NCBI GenBank assembly: GCA_003482555.1
Contig: DMYQ01000119.1
Span: forward strand, 32,589-79,022
DNA length: 46,434 bases
DNA from: Janthinobacterium sp.
Lineage (GTDB): Bacteria; Pseudomonadota; Gammaproteobacteria; Burkholderiales; Burkholderiaceae_D
Reading direction: 5' to 3'
Under the pieces are notes generated by a model. That model was given only the letters and a program-made list of their open reading frames with translations. It had not been told where the DNA came from and did not search any database. Shown piece by piece: positions 1-8,875 of this stretch; the first letter of the stretch is position 1; each line of letters opens with the position of its first letter. A program made the position numbers and the translations under genes.

Positions 1-364
1 CGGTCATCAGCTTGTGCAGCGGGCATTTTCCCGCGGCCGCCAGCAATTCCTGGCGCTGCGCCTCGCTCAAGTCGCCGCTCAGGTGCAGCGTGACGGCCAG
101 CCGATAGGTGCCCTTGCGTTCCTCGCTGGCGTCGCGCTCCGTGCTCACTTCCACGTTTTCAAGCGGGATGCCCTTGTGCTTGGCGTACCAGACCACGGTC
201 AGGGCCTTGCAGGCGCAGAGCGCGGCGTCGTACAGGTCGTGCGGCGACGGGCCGGCATCGCTGCCGCCCTCTTCCGGCGAACCGTCGGCGGACAGGATGT
301 GGTTGCGGACGTGGACGATGTGCCGCATCGGCAGGGAGAGGTCGCGGATGGCTGTGATAGTCAT
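1..364 (-). CDS. OsmC/Ohr-family (YhfA-like) protein, 3' end runs off the window
   Basis: Not in the ORF track; manual translation from ATG at 364 gives MTITAIRDLSLPMRHIVHVRNH...GGSDAGPSPHDLYDAALCAC...AAAGKCPLHKLMT, with the G-P-S-P...A-L-x-A-C and C-P cysteines typical of the OsmC family. Confidence 0.85.
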   Translation of the reverse strand, partial: MTITAIRDLSLPMRHIVHVRNHILSADGSPEEGGSDAGPSPHDLYDAALCACKALTVVWYAKHKGIPLENVEVSTERDASEERKGTYRLAVTLHLSGDLSEAQRQELLAAAGKCPLHKLMT

Positions 365-519
365 GTTTATGCAATCAAGTCGAAAAGACACAATCTACAC
401 CGTTTGCGCCTTGCGCGCATGGTCTGGATGCCGGAAAACGCCGTAAATATGTGCCTCAGTGCATTATTGAGGGCGGCTCAGGGCCGGGCTGAAGGCCGCT
501 TATGGCCTCTCATGGTTGC

Positions 520-945
520 TTAGGGTAACTTAGGGGCAGCGTCGAGCAGCGTGGTTAGCAGGCGCGACAGCTCCACCCTGTCGCTTTCGGACAAGGGCGC
601 GAAGGCGTCCGCCACGGCTTCCTGAACCAGCGGCCCGCATTGGCCGAGAATGTCGGCGCCCTTGGGTGTGAGTTGATGGATGGTGGCGCGTCCCAGTCCC
701 GCCCGCCGCTCGATCAACGCCAGTTTCAGCAAGCGCGCGGCAAGCGTGCCGAAAGCCTGGTCGGAGTTGAAGGTGAGCTCCGCCAGGCGGTGCAGCGAGA
801 CACCCGGATTGCGTTCGATTTCCCGCAGCGCATTCCACTGCACCAGACTGACGCCGAGCGGGGCCAGCTTCGTTTCGACCGCGCGATGTTGCCGGTATTG
901 AGCTTTCTTGACGAGCAAGCCAAGTGCTTCGATTGAAATATTCAT
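520..945 (-). CDS. MarR-family transcriptional regulator
   Basis: 141 aa from ATG 945 (MNISIEALGLLVKKAQYR); wHTH pattern SLVQWNALREI...LAEL...LIER...LTPKG; divergent from a hydrolase. Confidence 0.85.
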   Translation of the reverse strand: MNISIEALGLLVKKAQYRQHRAVETKLAPLGVSLVQWNALREIERNPGVSLHRLAELTFNSDQAFGTLAARLLKLALIERRAGLGRATIHQLTPKGADILGQCGPLVQEAVADAFAPLSESDRVELSRLLTTLLDAAPKLP

Positions 946-961
946 GTCAACATATTTATAT
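944..961. promoter_or_regulatory. Probable MarR operator overlapping the marR start codon
   Basis: Minus strand reads ATATAAA-TATG-TTGACAT, a variant of the palindrome at 1073-1090. Confidence 0.65.
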
Positions 962-1067
962 AAGGACGCCGGCATGTCAAGTCCCAACTGTCGCGCATAC
1001 GGCCGGCGACCCGCTCCCACAGTGATATTCATTGTGAATACAGAAATCTCTTTCTCGAAAATACAGC

Positions 1068-1107
1068 TTGACATATCAATATGTTGATATCAATATGTTT
1101 ATATCAA
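1068..1107 (+). promoter_or_regulatory. Hydrolase promoter (-35 TTGACA) with tandem palindromic operators
   Basis: TTGACA 1068-1073; perfect ATATCAA-N4-TTGATAT 1073-1090; second copy 1087-1104 with 1 mismatch; AAGGAG RBS before ATG 1123. Confidence 0.7.
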
Positions 1108-1122
1108 CCACAAGGAGCTTCC

Positions 1123-1917
1123 ATGACTCAGCCCAGCACCCATACCCACACAATTTTCCTGCCCGCCGGCAGTGTCGATGTCAGCGTAGCCACGCAAGGA
1201 CAGGGCCGCCCCATCCTCATCCTGCACGGCGGCGCGGGGCCGGCCTCGGTGCTGGGACTGGCGCAAGCCCTGGCCACGCATGCGCGCGCCATCGTCCCGT
1301 CCCACCCGGGATTCGAGGGCAGCCCGCGGCCCGACTGGTTCGCCAGCGTGGGCGACCTGGCCATGGCTTACCTGGCCTTGCTCGACGAGCTGGACTTGTC
1401 GGAGGTGATTGTCGTGGGTAACTCGATCGGCGGCTGGATCGCGGCCGAGATGGCCGTGCGCGGATCGCCCCGCCTGGCCGGCGTCGTGCTGGTGAACGCG
1501 GCCGGCATCGATGCCGGCGCGGGCCGCATCGTGGACGTTTCGCACATGTCGGCGGCCGAGCGGATGGCGCTGGCCTTTCATGCGCCGCAGCGCTTCGCCG
1601 GCGCCGCTCCGACGCCGGCCCGGCTGGCGCTGATGGCGGCCAACCAGGCCACCCTGCACGTCTACGGCGGCGCCCCCTACATGCACGACCCGGCCCTGCG
1701 CGCCCGTCTGGCCGGGATCGGCATACCGGCCCTGGTGGCGTGGGGCGAGAGCGACCGGATCGTCGACCTCGATTACGGCAGGCGCTACGCGGCCAACATC
1801 CCCGGCGCCGAATTTGCCGTGATCGAGAGCGCCGGCCACCTGCCGCAAATCGAGCGGCTCGACGAATTGACGCGCCTGATCGAGGCTTTTGCCGCCGACC
1901 TCGGCGCCCAGCGCTGA
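1123..1917 (+). CDS. Alpha/beta-fold hydrolase
   Basis: LILHGG oxyanion motif, GNSIGG nucleophile elbow, WGESD acid, AGHLP His; RBS AAGGAG. Confidence 0.9.
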   Translation: MTQPSTHTHTIFLPAGSVDVSVATQGQGRPILILHGGAGPASVLGLAQALATHARAIVPSHPGFEGSPRPDWFASVGDLAMAYLALLDELDLSEVIVVGNSIGGWIAAEMAVRGSPRLAGVVLVNAAGIDAGAGRIVDVSHMSAAERMALAFHAPQRFAGAAPTPARLALMAANQATLHVYGGAPYMHDPALRARLAGIGIPALVAWGESDRIVDLDYGRRYAANIPGAEFAVIESAGHLPQIERLDELTRLIEAFAADLGAQR

Positions 1918-1977
1918 GCGGTGGATGGAAAGGGAAAGCCGGCGCCAGTCCGGCCGCGGCGCTTCGAGCGGCCCCGC

Positions 1978-4900
1978 TCAGGCGCCGGACCCGCTCCCGG
2001 CGTCGCAGTTGCGGCCCTGCATGAAGACGGCGAATTGATCCGCCGCCAGCGGCCGGCTGAACAGATAACCCTGATAGGCGTGACAGCCGTGCCGCTCCAG
2101 GAAAGCGCGCTGGGGGTCCGTTTCCACACCCTCAGCGATGACGCCCAGGCCCAGGCTTTGGCCGAGCGCGACGATGGTGCACATGATGGCGGCGTCGTTC
2201 GGATCGCTCAGCAGGTCGCGCACGAAGGACTGGTCGATCTTTAACTGTTCCAGCGGCAGCCGCTTAAGGTAGGCCAGCGAGGAATAGCCGGTACCGAAAT
2301 CGTCGAGCGAAAAGCCGACCCCGGATTTCTTCAACAAGTTCATCTTGGCGATCGTCACTTCGATGTCGTCCACCAGCAAGCTCTCGGTGAGCTCCAGCTT
2401 GAGCTTGTGCGGCGGCGCGCCGGTGGCCGCCAGCACGGCCAGCACTTCGTCGGCGAAGCCGGGCTGGCGCAATTGGCGCGCGCTGACGTTGACGGCCACG
2501 CTCAATTGCGCCGTGTGCGGTTCGCGCGCCCACTGCGCCAGTTGCGCGCACGCCGTCTCCAGCACCCAGCGCCCGAGCGGCAGTATCAGGCCGCTGTCCT
2601 CGGCCAGGGGAATGAAGACGGCCGGCGACACCGGGCCGCGCTGCGGATGGGTCCAGCGCAGCAGCGCCTCGGCGCCGGTGACGCGGCCATCGCTGCGCAA
2701 CTGCGGCTGGTAGTGCAGGCGGAATTCGCCGAGCGGCATGGCCTGGCGCAGATCGGCTTCCAGCCCCGCCCGCCGCAACACGGCCGTCTGCATCTCCGGG
2801 TCGAAGAAGCGCATGGTGTTGCGCCCGGCCGCCTTGGCCTGGTACATGGCCAGGTCGGCCCGCTTGAGCAATTCGCCCACCGTGCCCTGCTCGTTGTCGA
2901 ACAGGGTGGCGCCTATGCTGCTGGTGCTGAAGTGTTCGTAGTCGTCCAGCAGGAAGGGCCGGTTCAGCGCCGCCAGGATGGTTTCACCCACGCTCCTGGT
3001 GCGCGCCGCCGCCTCTTCGGTGTGCGCGCTCAGGTTTTCCAGCATCACCAGGAATTCGTCGCCGCCGAAGCGCGCCACGGTATCGCCCTCGTCGACGGCC
3101 GCCAGCAGGCGCGCCGCCACCTGGCGCAGCAGCAGATCGCCGCGGTCGTGGCCCAGGGTTTCGTTGAGGGTCTTGAAATTGTCCAGGTCGATGTACAGCA
3201 GCGCGCCGGTGCGGCGGCCGCGCCCGCCCAGCGCCATCGCGTGCCGCAGCCGGTCGAGCATCAGCAAGCGATTCGGCAAGCCGGTCAGGGCGTCGTAAAA
3301 CGCCAGGTGGCGGATCTCGCGCTCGTCCGCCTTGCGCTGGCTGATGTCGGTATCGATCGACAGGATCGCCTTGGGCCGGCCGGCGTCGTCGTTGAGCAGG
3401 GTCCAGCGCACTTCCACCGTCAGCGCCTTGCCGCTCTTGTCGCGCCGGGTGATCTCGCCGCTCCAGTCGCCGCTGCGCAGCACCGTCGTCGCCGCCGCCC
3501 GCAGCGCGGCCGTGTCGTCGCCGAGCAGGCTGTCGGCCGGCTGCCCCAGCGCCTCGGCCGCGGTCCAGCCGTACAGCCGCTCGGCGCTTTTGTTCCAGAA
3601 CAGGATGCGGTGCTCGATGCTGCGCACCACGATCGCGTCCTGGGCCTTGTCGAGCAGCGAAGCCTGGTCGCGGATGTGGGCGTCGGCATCTTGCCGCTCC
3701 AGCTCGGCGGCCGCGCGGGCGGCGAAGATTTGCAGGGTGGAGACGATGAAGTCGGAGCGTTTCACGGGATCGCGAAACAGCACGAACAGCAGGCCCAGGG
3801 GCTCACCGTCGGAATTGTCGAGGCGCCAGCCGCCATAGGCTTCGGCGCCCAGTACGGCCATGGGCGAGTCGGGAAATTCCCGTGGCAGCGCGGCCGCGAC
3901 CACGTATTGCTTGTGCTTGAGCACTTCCTCGCAGGGGGAGCCGCGCAGCGCATAATTGAAATTGGCGACGCGGGCGCCGTCCTGCAGCGCGATGACGGTG
4001 CGGGCTTCGGTCGGCGCGCCGGCCGCGCCCGGCAACAGGCGCGCCACCATCGCCGACTGGGCGCCGACGGCTTCCGCCATATTGCGCGCCAGTTGCTCGA
4101 AAAAACGCGCGCCGGTGCTGGCCGAGACGCTGGCCGCCACTTTCAACACCGCCGATTCGATGCGGCGCCGTTCGTCGCGCACGCGGATATTGCTGATGCC
4201 GAAGGCCAGATTGTCGGCCAACTCTTGCAGCAGGCTGATTTCCTCGCCCGCTTCCGTCAAGGGCACGCCCGCGTACAGGGCCAGCAAGCCGAAGGGCCGG
4301 CCCTCGTGCGCCAGCGGCAGGTAGACGGCGCCGTGGTAGCCGTATTGTTCCACGGCCGCGTAAAACGGCGCCAGGCTGGCGTCGTGGGCGATGTCTTCCA
4401 ACAGCAACGGGACGCCTTCGCGGATGGCGCGCCCGGCCGGCGTGCGCCCGGCCGCGTCGCGCTCGGACCAGCTCAAGCCGATCGAGCGCAGATAGGCGGC
4501 GCCTTCCTCGTTGCCGGCGTGCGCCTCGACGCTGATGGAGCGCCCGGCGTCGTCGTGGGCGTAGCCGACCCAGGCCATGCGGTAGCCGCCGACCTCGACG
4601 GCGATGTGGCAAATCCGCCTGATCAAGTCCGCTTCGTCGCCGACGCGTATCAGGGCTTCGTTGCAACGGCTCAGCAGTTGCAGGGCGCGGTTCGAGCGCG
4701 TCAGCGCCAGGGCCGCCTGCTTGCGTTCATTGATGTCGCGGAAATGCACGGCCAGTCCCTCCGCCGAGGGATAGGCGCGCACCTCCAGCCAGGTATCGAG
4801 GGGGGCATAGAATTCCTCGAAGGCGACCGGACAATTCTCGCGCAGGGCGCGCTGGTATTCCAGGTAGGAGGTGCCGCCGATGGCTTCCTTGAATTCGTTC

Positions 4901-5463
4901 CAGACCACGGCGCCCAGCAAATCCTCGCGCCGGCGGTGCAGCAGGCGCGCCGCTTCCGGGTTCAGATAGGTGAAACGCCAGTCGCGGTCGACGGTAAAGA
5001 AGCCGTCGGTGATGCTCTCCAGGGTGGCCGTCATGCGTTCGGCCAGGCGCCCGGCGGCGCTCGCCGATTGGGTGCGCTCGGTCACGTCGAGCATGCTGCC
5101 CAGCAGGCGCGCCGGCACCGCCGTTTCCAGGTGCAGTTCGGCGCGCGTGTGGACGTCGCGGATGGCGCCGTCCGGAAGCAGCACGCGGTGCTCCAGATCG
5201 ACGCCGGCGCCGCCGCGCAGGGCTTGTTCGAAACATCGCGCCAGGGCCGCCCTGTCGCCGGCGTGCACCAGGGCCAGGAAATCCTCGAGCCCGGCCGGCG
5301 CCCGGCCCGGGGCCAGGCCGAGGATGCGGCTGGCCTCCTCCGACCAGCGGCCAAAGCGGCCGTCCGCGCGCAACTCCCAGCTGCCCACATGCAGGCAGCG
5401 CTCCATGCTGCGTAACTGTTCCCGCACGCGCCGCAGCTCGGCAGAAGCATCCGGCGTCGTCAT
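1978..5463 (-). CDS. Multi-sensor diguanylate cyclase/phosphodiesterase (PAS-PAS-GAF-GAF-PAS-GGDEF-EAL)
   Basis: YDALTGLPNR, RFGGDEF, EALLRW, DDFGTGYSSL, LKIDQSF, AEGVET; PAS and GAF-like segments N-terminal; start ATG 5463 chosen over the longer ORF. Confidence 0.92.
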   Translation of the reverse strand: MTTPDASAELRRVREQLRSMERCLHVGSWELRADGRFGRWSEEASRILGLAPGRAPAGLEDFLALVHAGDRAALARCFEQALRGGAGVDLEHRVLLPDGAIRDVHTRAELHLETAVPARLLGSMLDVTERTQSASAAGRLAERMTATLESITDGFFTVDRDWRFTYLNPEAARLLHRRREDLLGAVVWNEFKEAIGGTSYLEYQRALRENCPVAFEEFYAPLDTWLEVRAYPSAEGLAVHFRDINERKQAALALTRSNRALQLLSRCNEALIRVGDEADLIRRICHIAVEVGGYRMAWVGYAHDDAGRSISVEAHAGNEEGAAYLRSIGLSWSERDAAGRTPAGRAIREGVPLLLEDIAHDASLAPFYAAVEQYGYHGAVYLPLAHEGRPFGLLALYAGVPLTEAGEEISLLQELADNLAFGISNIRVRDERRRIESAVLKVAASVSASTGARFFEQLARNMAEAVGAQSAMVARLLPGAAGAPTEARTVIALQDGARVANFNYALRGSPCEEVLKHKQYVVAAALPREFPDSPMAVLGAEAYGGWRLDNSDGEPLGLLFVLFRDPVKRSDFIVSTLQIFAARAAAELERQDADAHIRDQASLLDKAQDAIVVRSIEHRILFWNKSAERLYGWTAAEALGQPADSLLGDDTAALRAAATTVLRSGDWSGEITRRDKSGKALTVEVRWTLLNDDAGRPKAILSIDTDISQRKADEREIRHLAFYDALTGLPNRLLMLDRLRHAMALGGRGRRTGALLYIDLDNFKTLNETLGHDRGDLLLRQVAARLLAAVDEGDTVARFGGDEFLVMLENLSAHTEEAAARTRSVGETILAALNRPFLLDDYEHFSTSSIGATLFDNEQGTVGELLKRADLAMYQAKAAGRNTMRFFDPEMQTAVLRRAGLEADLRQAMPLGEFRLHYQPQLRSDGRVTGAEALLRWTHPQRGPVSPAVFIPLAEDSGLILPLGRWVLETACAQLAQWAREPHTAQLSVAVNVSARQLRQPGFADEVLAVLAATGAPPHKLKLELTESLLVDDIEVTIAKMNLLKKSGVGFSLDDFGTGYSSLAYLKRLPLEQLKIDQSFVRDLLSDPNDAAIMCTIVALGQSLGLGVIAEGVETDPQRAFLERHGCHAYQGYLFSRPLAADQFAVFMQGRNCDAGSGSGA

Positions 5464-5701
5464 GGGATGGCCATGCCGCGCTCCGCTTTCGGGTGCCGCG
5501 CTGCGGGGGCGGCGCCCGACATGCTGCGCGGCCCGGGACGTGGTGACTCTACTTGAGCTGTTCTCATCCGACCCCTTTCCCGCAAACGCCATTATGGGCA
5601 AGGCCGCGCCGGAACGCCGCCTCCAGATGCTATTCTACCGCGACATAAACTAATTGGCAGGGCAACAGCGCGGCGCAGTCCGGATGACGCCGGCGCCGCG
5701 C

Positions 5702-6178
5702 TCACAGGAAGCGGTCGAGGATCTTGCGGCTGTGCTTGTCGAGCGCCAACACCTCGCGCACCAGGAAATGAATGCCGTGGCTGTCCGCCACCAGCAAGCC
5801 GTCAGCGCCGATGCGGCGGATGTCTTCCTCGCCCTTGAGAACGAAATGGGTATCGCCGCGGTCGGTCTTGACGTGCCAGGTGCAGGGCGTGGCAAAACTG
5901 CTGACGTCGACGATCCGCATAATCTCCGGCATGAACTCGCGTCCTTCCAGCTCATCCTGCACCAGGGTGCGGATGGAGGTCGGCAAGTCGGCGATGGACA
6001 CGATCCAGGCCACTTCCTGGCCGTCGTGCAACACCAGGGAAATGCCGTGTTCCGGCGCCTGGATCGGAAAGGCGCGCACCGGCACGACGCCCTCGTGCAC
6101 GACGCCCTCGGCGGTCGTCAGCACCAGCTTGCCAAAGCCGTTGCGGCTCAATTGAAAGGTCGTGCTCGCCATGCTCAT
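5702..6178 (-). CDS. DUF1854-family protein (cyanophycin-locus associated)
   Basis: VVPVRAFPI...W.V.TDRG.T.F.L.GEEDIRR...D..GI.F...LD..SRK.L.RFL pattern; 4-bp overlap with the upstream ABC gene. Confidence 0.8.
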   Translation of the reverse strand: MSMASTTFQLSRNGFGKLVLTTAEGVVHEGVVPVRAFPIQAPEHGISLVLHDGQEVAWIVSIADLPTSIRTLVQDELEGREFMPEIMRIVDVSSFATPCTWHVKTDRGDTHFVLKGEEDIRRIGADGLLVADSHGIHFLVREVLALDKHSRKILDRFL

Positions 6179-8442
6179 TCCTTGTCGTCCATATCGGTGT
6201 CCACATTGCGCGCCTGCGCCTCGTAGAGCCGGAAATATGCGCCTTCGCGCGCCATCAATTCATCGTGGCTGCCCACTTCCACCACTTCGCCGCGGTCGAG
6301 CACCACCAGGCGGTCGGCCCGGTGCAGGGTCGACAGGCGGTGCGCGATGGCGATCGTGGTACGGCCCTGCACCAGATTGTCGAGCGCTTTCTGGATTTCC
6401 TTCTCGGTCTCGGAGTCGACCGAGGACGTGGCCTCGTCCATGATCAAGATGCGCGGGTCGATCAGCAGGGCGCGCGCGATCGAGATGCGCTGGCGCTCGC
6501 CGCCCGAGAGTCCCTGGCCCCGCTCGCCGACCATGGAATCGTAACCCTGCGGCAGGCGCAGGATGAATTCGTGGGCGTGGGCGGCGCGGGCCGAGGCGAT
6601 GATCTCGGCGCGGCTGGCGTCCGGCTTGCCGTAGGCGATGTTTTCCGCGATGGTGCCGAAGAACAGGAAGGGCTCTTGCAGCACCAGGCCGATGTTGCGC
6701 CGGTAATCCGAGACGGCGAAGGAACGGATGTCGACGCCGTCGAGCAGGATGGCGCCTTCCGAGACGTCGTAAAAGCGGCAAATCAGATTGACCAGGGTGC
6801 TCTTGCCGGAGCCGCTGTGGCCGACCAGACCGATCATTTCGCCGGGCCGGATGCTCAGGCTGATGCTGCGGTTGACGGCCCGGTTGCCGTAGCGGAAACC
6901 GACTTCGCGCAATTCGATGCCCCCTTCGATCTTCTCCAGGCGGACCGGCTGGGCCGGTTCCGGCACGCTCGACACATGGTCGAGGATGTCGAAGATGCGC
7001 TTGGCCGCCGAAGCCGACTTTTGCGTCACCGAGACGATACGGCTCATCGAATCGAGGCGCCCATAAAAACGTCCGCTGTAGGCGAGGAAGGCGGTCAGGG
7101 TGCCGACCGTGATGTCGCCCTTCGACAATTGCCAGATGCCGAAGCACCAGATCACCAGCAGGCCGAGTTCGGTCAAGAAAGACACGGTGGGTGAAAACAG
7201 GGACCACACCTTGTTGAGTTTGTCGTTCACGGCCAGGTTGTGGGCGTTGGCGTCGCGGAAACGGGCCGCTTCCCGCCTTTCCTGGGCGAAAGCCTTGACG
7301 ACGCGGATGCCGGGGATGGTATCGGCCAAGACATTCGTCACTTCGCTCCAGACCCGGTCGATCTTTTCAAAGCCGGTGCGCAGGCGGTCGCGCACGATAT
7401 GGATCATCCAGGCGATGAAGGGCAAGGGCGCCAGGGTCATGACGGCCAGCCAGGGATTCAAATTCCACAGGATGAGGCCGGTCATGATGATCATCAACAC
7501 GTCGGAAGCGAAGTCGAGCAGGTGCAGCGACAGGAACACGCAGATGCGGTCGCTGCCGCTGCCGATGCGCGACATCAAGTCGCCCGTGCGCTTGCCGCCG
7601 AAGTACTCGAGCGACAGCTTCATCAAGTGTTCATAGGTGGCCGAGCGCAAGTCGGCGCCCATGCGTTCCGACACCACGGCCAGGATATACGTCTTGCCCC
7701 AGCCCAGTATCCAGGCCAGCACGGCCGAACCGAGCAGACCCGACATATACCAGACCACCAGCATCGGGTCGATCTTCACCCCGTTCTGGTAGGGAATGAG
7801 GACATTGTCCATCAGCGGCTTGGTCAGGTACGGCGGGATCATGTGGGCCGCCGTGCTGAGCAGCATGAGGGTGAAGCCGGCCGCCAACTGGCCCCGGTAG
7901 GGTACGGCAAAGCGCCACAGGCGGAACAGGGTCCAGGTCGATGGCGGCGTGTGGATCACCTTGGTGCAAATGGGGCACTCGTCCAGTTCCGGGTCGAGCG
8001 GGGCCTTGCAACTGGGGCAAATGTTTTGTTCGCTGGGCACGGGCGCCTGGCCGCTGACGTGGCTGTGCTGGCGTTCGCGGAATTGATCGAGCAGGCGCAT
8101 CGCGTGCAGGTTTTGCCCCAGGGTGAAGCGCCAACTGGCCAGGCGCCCTTGCTCATCTTGCAATTCCAGGTGGCCGACGCCGGCGTGGTCAAAGTGCTTG
8201 AGCTCCAGACCCGGCCGATAAGTCCAGTCGTGCCACACGGTGTCGCCGGGCGCGCGCGCCAGCAGGCGGCGCTCGGTGAGCACCAATAGACCTTTTTTAA
8301 AGCGTAATCGGGAGTCGAGGTCAACCTCCACGCCGGTTAAAACGTTCTCCCCGGATACAAGTGCTTTCGCGACCTCCGCTTGCCAGTGTTCGGGTAAGAG
8401 GCTGATCGCCGGGGCTGGCATTGCAAGTTGTTCAGTTGTCAT
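6175..8442 (-). CDS. ABC exporter (fused TMD+NBD) with N-terminal extension, cyanophycin-locus associated
   Basis: Walker [10 protein letters not shown], signature LSGGERQR, Walker [17 protein letters not shown]; hydrophobic TMD; about 170 aa extra N-terminus ending in CPSC-x10-CPIC. Confidence 0.92.
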   Translation of the reverse strand: MTTEQLAMPAPAISLLPEHWQAEVAKALVSGENVLTGVEVDLDSRLRFKKGLLVLTERRLLARAPGDTVWHDWTYRPGLELKHFDHAGVGHLELQDEQGRLASWRFTLGQNLHAMRLLDQFRERQHSHVSGQAPVPSEQNICPSCKAPLDPELDECPICTKVIHTPPSTWTLFRLWRFAVPYRGQLAAGFTLMLLSTAAHMIPPYLTKPLMDNVLIPYQNGVKIDPMLVVWYMSGLLGSAVLAWILGWGKTYILAVVSERMGADLRSATYEHLMKLSLEYFGGKRTGDLMSRIGSGSDRICVFLSLHLLDFASDVLMIIMTGLILWNLNPWLAVMTLAPLPFIAWMIHIVRDRLRTGFEKIDRVWSEVTNVLADTIPGIRVVKAFAQERREAARFRDANAHNLAVNDKLNKVWSLFSPTVSFLTELGLLVIWCFGIWQLSKGDITVGTLTAFLAYSGRFYGRLDSMSRIVSVTQKSASAAKRIFDILDHVSSVPEPAQPVRLEKIEGGIELREVGFRYGNRAVNRSISLSIRPGEMIGLVGHSGSGKSTLVNLICRFYDVSEGAILLDGVDIRSFAVSDYRRNIGLVLQEPFLFFGTIAENIAYGKPDASRAEIIASARAAHAHEFILRLPQGYDSMVGERGQGLSGGERQRISIARALLIDPRILIMDEATSSVDSETEKEIQKALDNLVQGRTTIAIAHRLSTLHRADRLVVLDRGEVVEVGSHDELMAREGAYFRLYEAQARNVDTDMDDKE

Positions 8443-8573
8443 CGTAAAACGTATTCCGGCTCAAGGCCAAGCCCGTTACAGGCAGGGATTCTGATAAAAA
8501 TGGTGGCTGTCCGATCGATTCCGCCGGTCTGACGGTTGCGGATGCGCTCGGGGCGGCGGTATCATGGAGGGTA

Positions 8574-8597
8574 CTGTATTGTATTGTATCAATACAG
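8574..8597. promoter_or_regulatory. Candidate operator in the divergent ABC/cphA intergenic region
   Basis: CTGTATTG-N8-CAATACAG perfect 8-bp inverted repeat containing three tandem TGTAT. Confidence 0.45.
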
Positions 8598-8875
8598 ACT
8601 GGCAGAAACACGTTCCGCGCGGTAAGCTTCGTTTCCGGAAGTATATACAACATGATGCGCTTCAGGAAGCCGGCAAGACTGCGGTAAACATCGTACGGCA
8701 GCACCCGCCGGAACGGAAGCATGAAGTGATCATTTTTCGAAATGCCATGTAATAAAAGGGGAGTGGCATTCCGCGGCGGCGGCGAACATGGTTGCACAAG
8801 GCGGCGCTTGAATGAGCGCCTCTGAATATTAAGTGGTGCGGAAAGCGCCGAGCCTGTTATCGAAAAATTATTTAC

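Noticed and set aside
14-523. ORF-track calls 14-523(+), 108-446(+) and 159-374(-)
   Set aside because: The real gene is the OsmC-family frame from ATG 364 on the minus strand, missed because its stop lies outside the window
2407-5415. 1002-aa plus-strand ORF, and similar long antisense ORFs (11922-13862, 19346-21259, 22542-24941, 29833-31485, 43747-45216)
   Set aside because: Shadow ORFs opposite well-supported genes; expected with high-GC codon bias; no recognisable motifs
8574-8597. Possible LexA SOS box (CTGT...ACAG)
   Set aside because: Spacing is N16, not the N8 required
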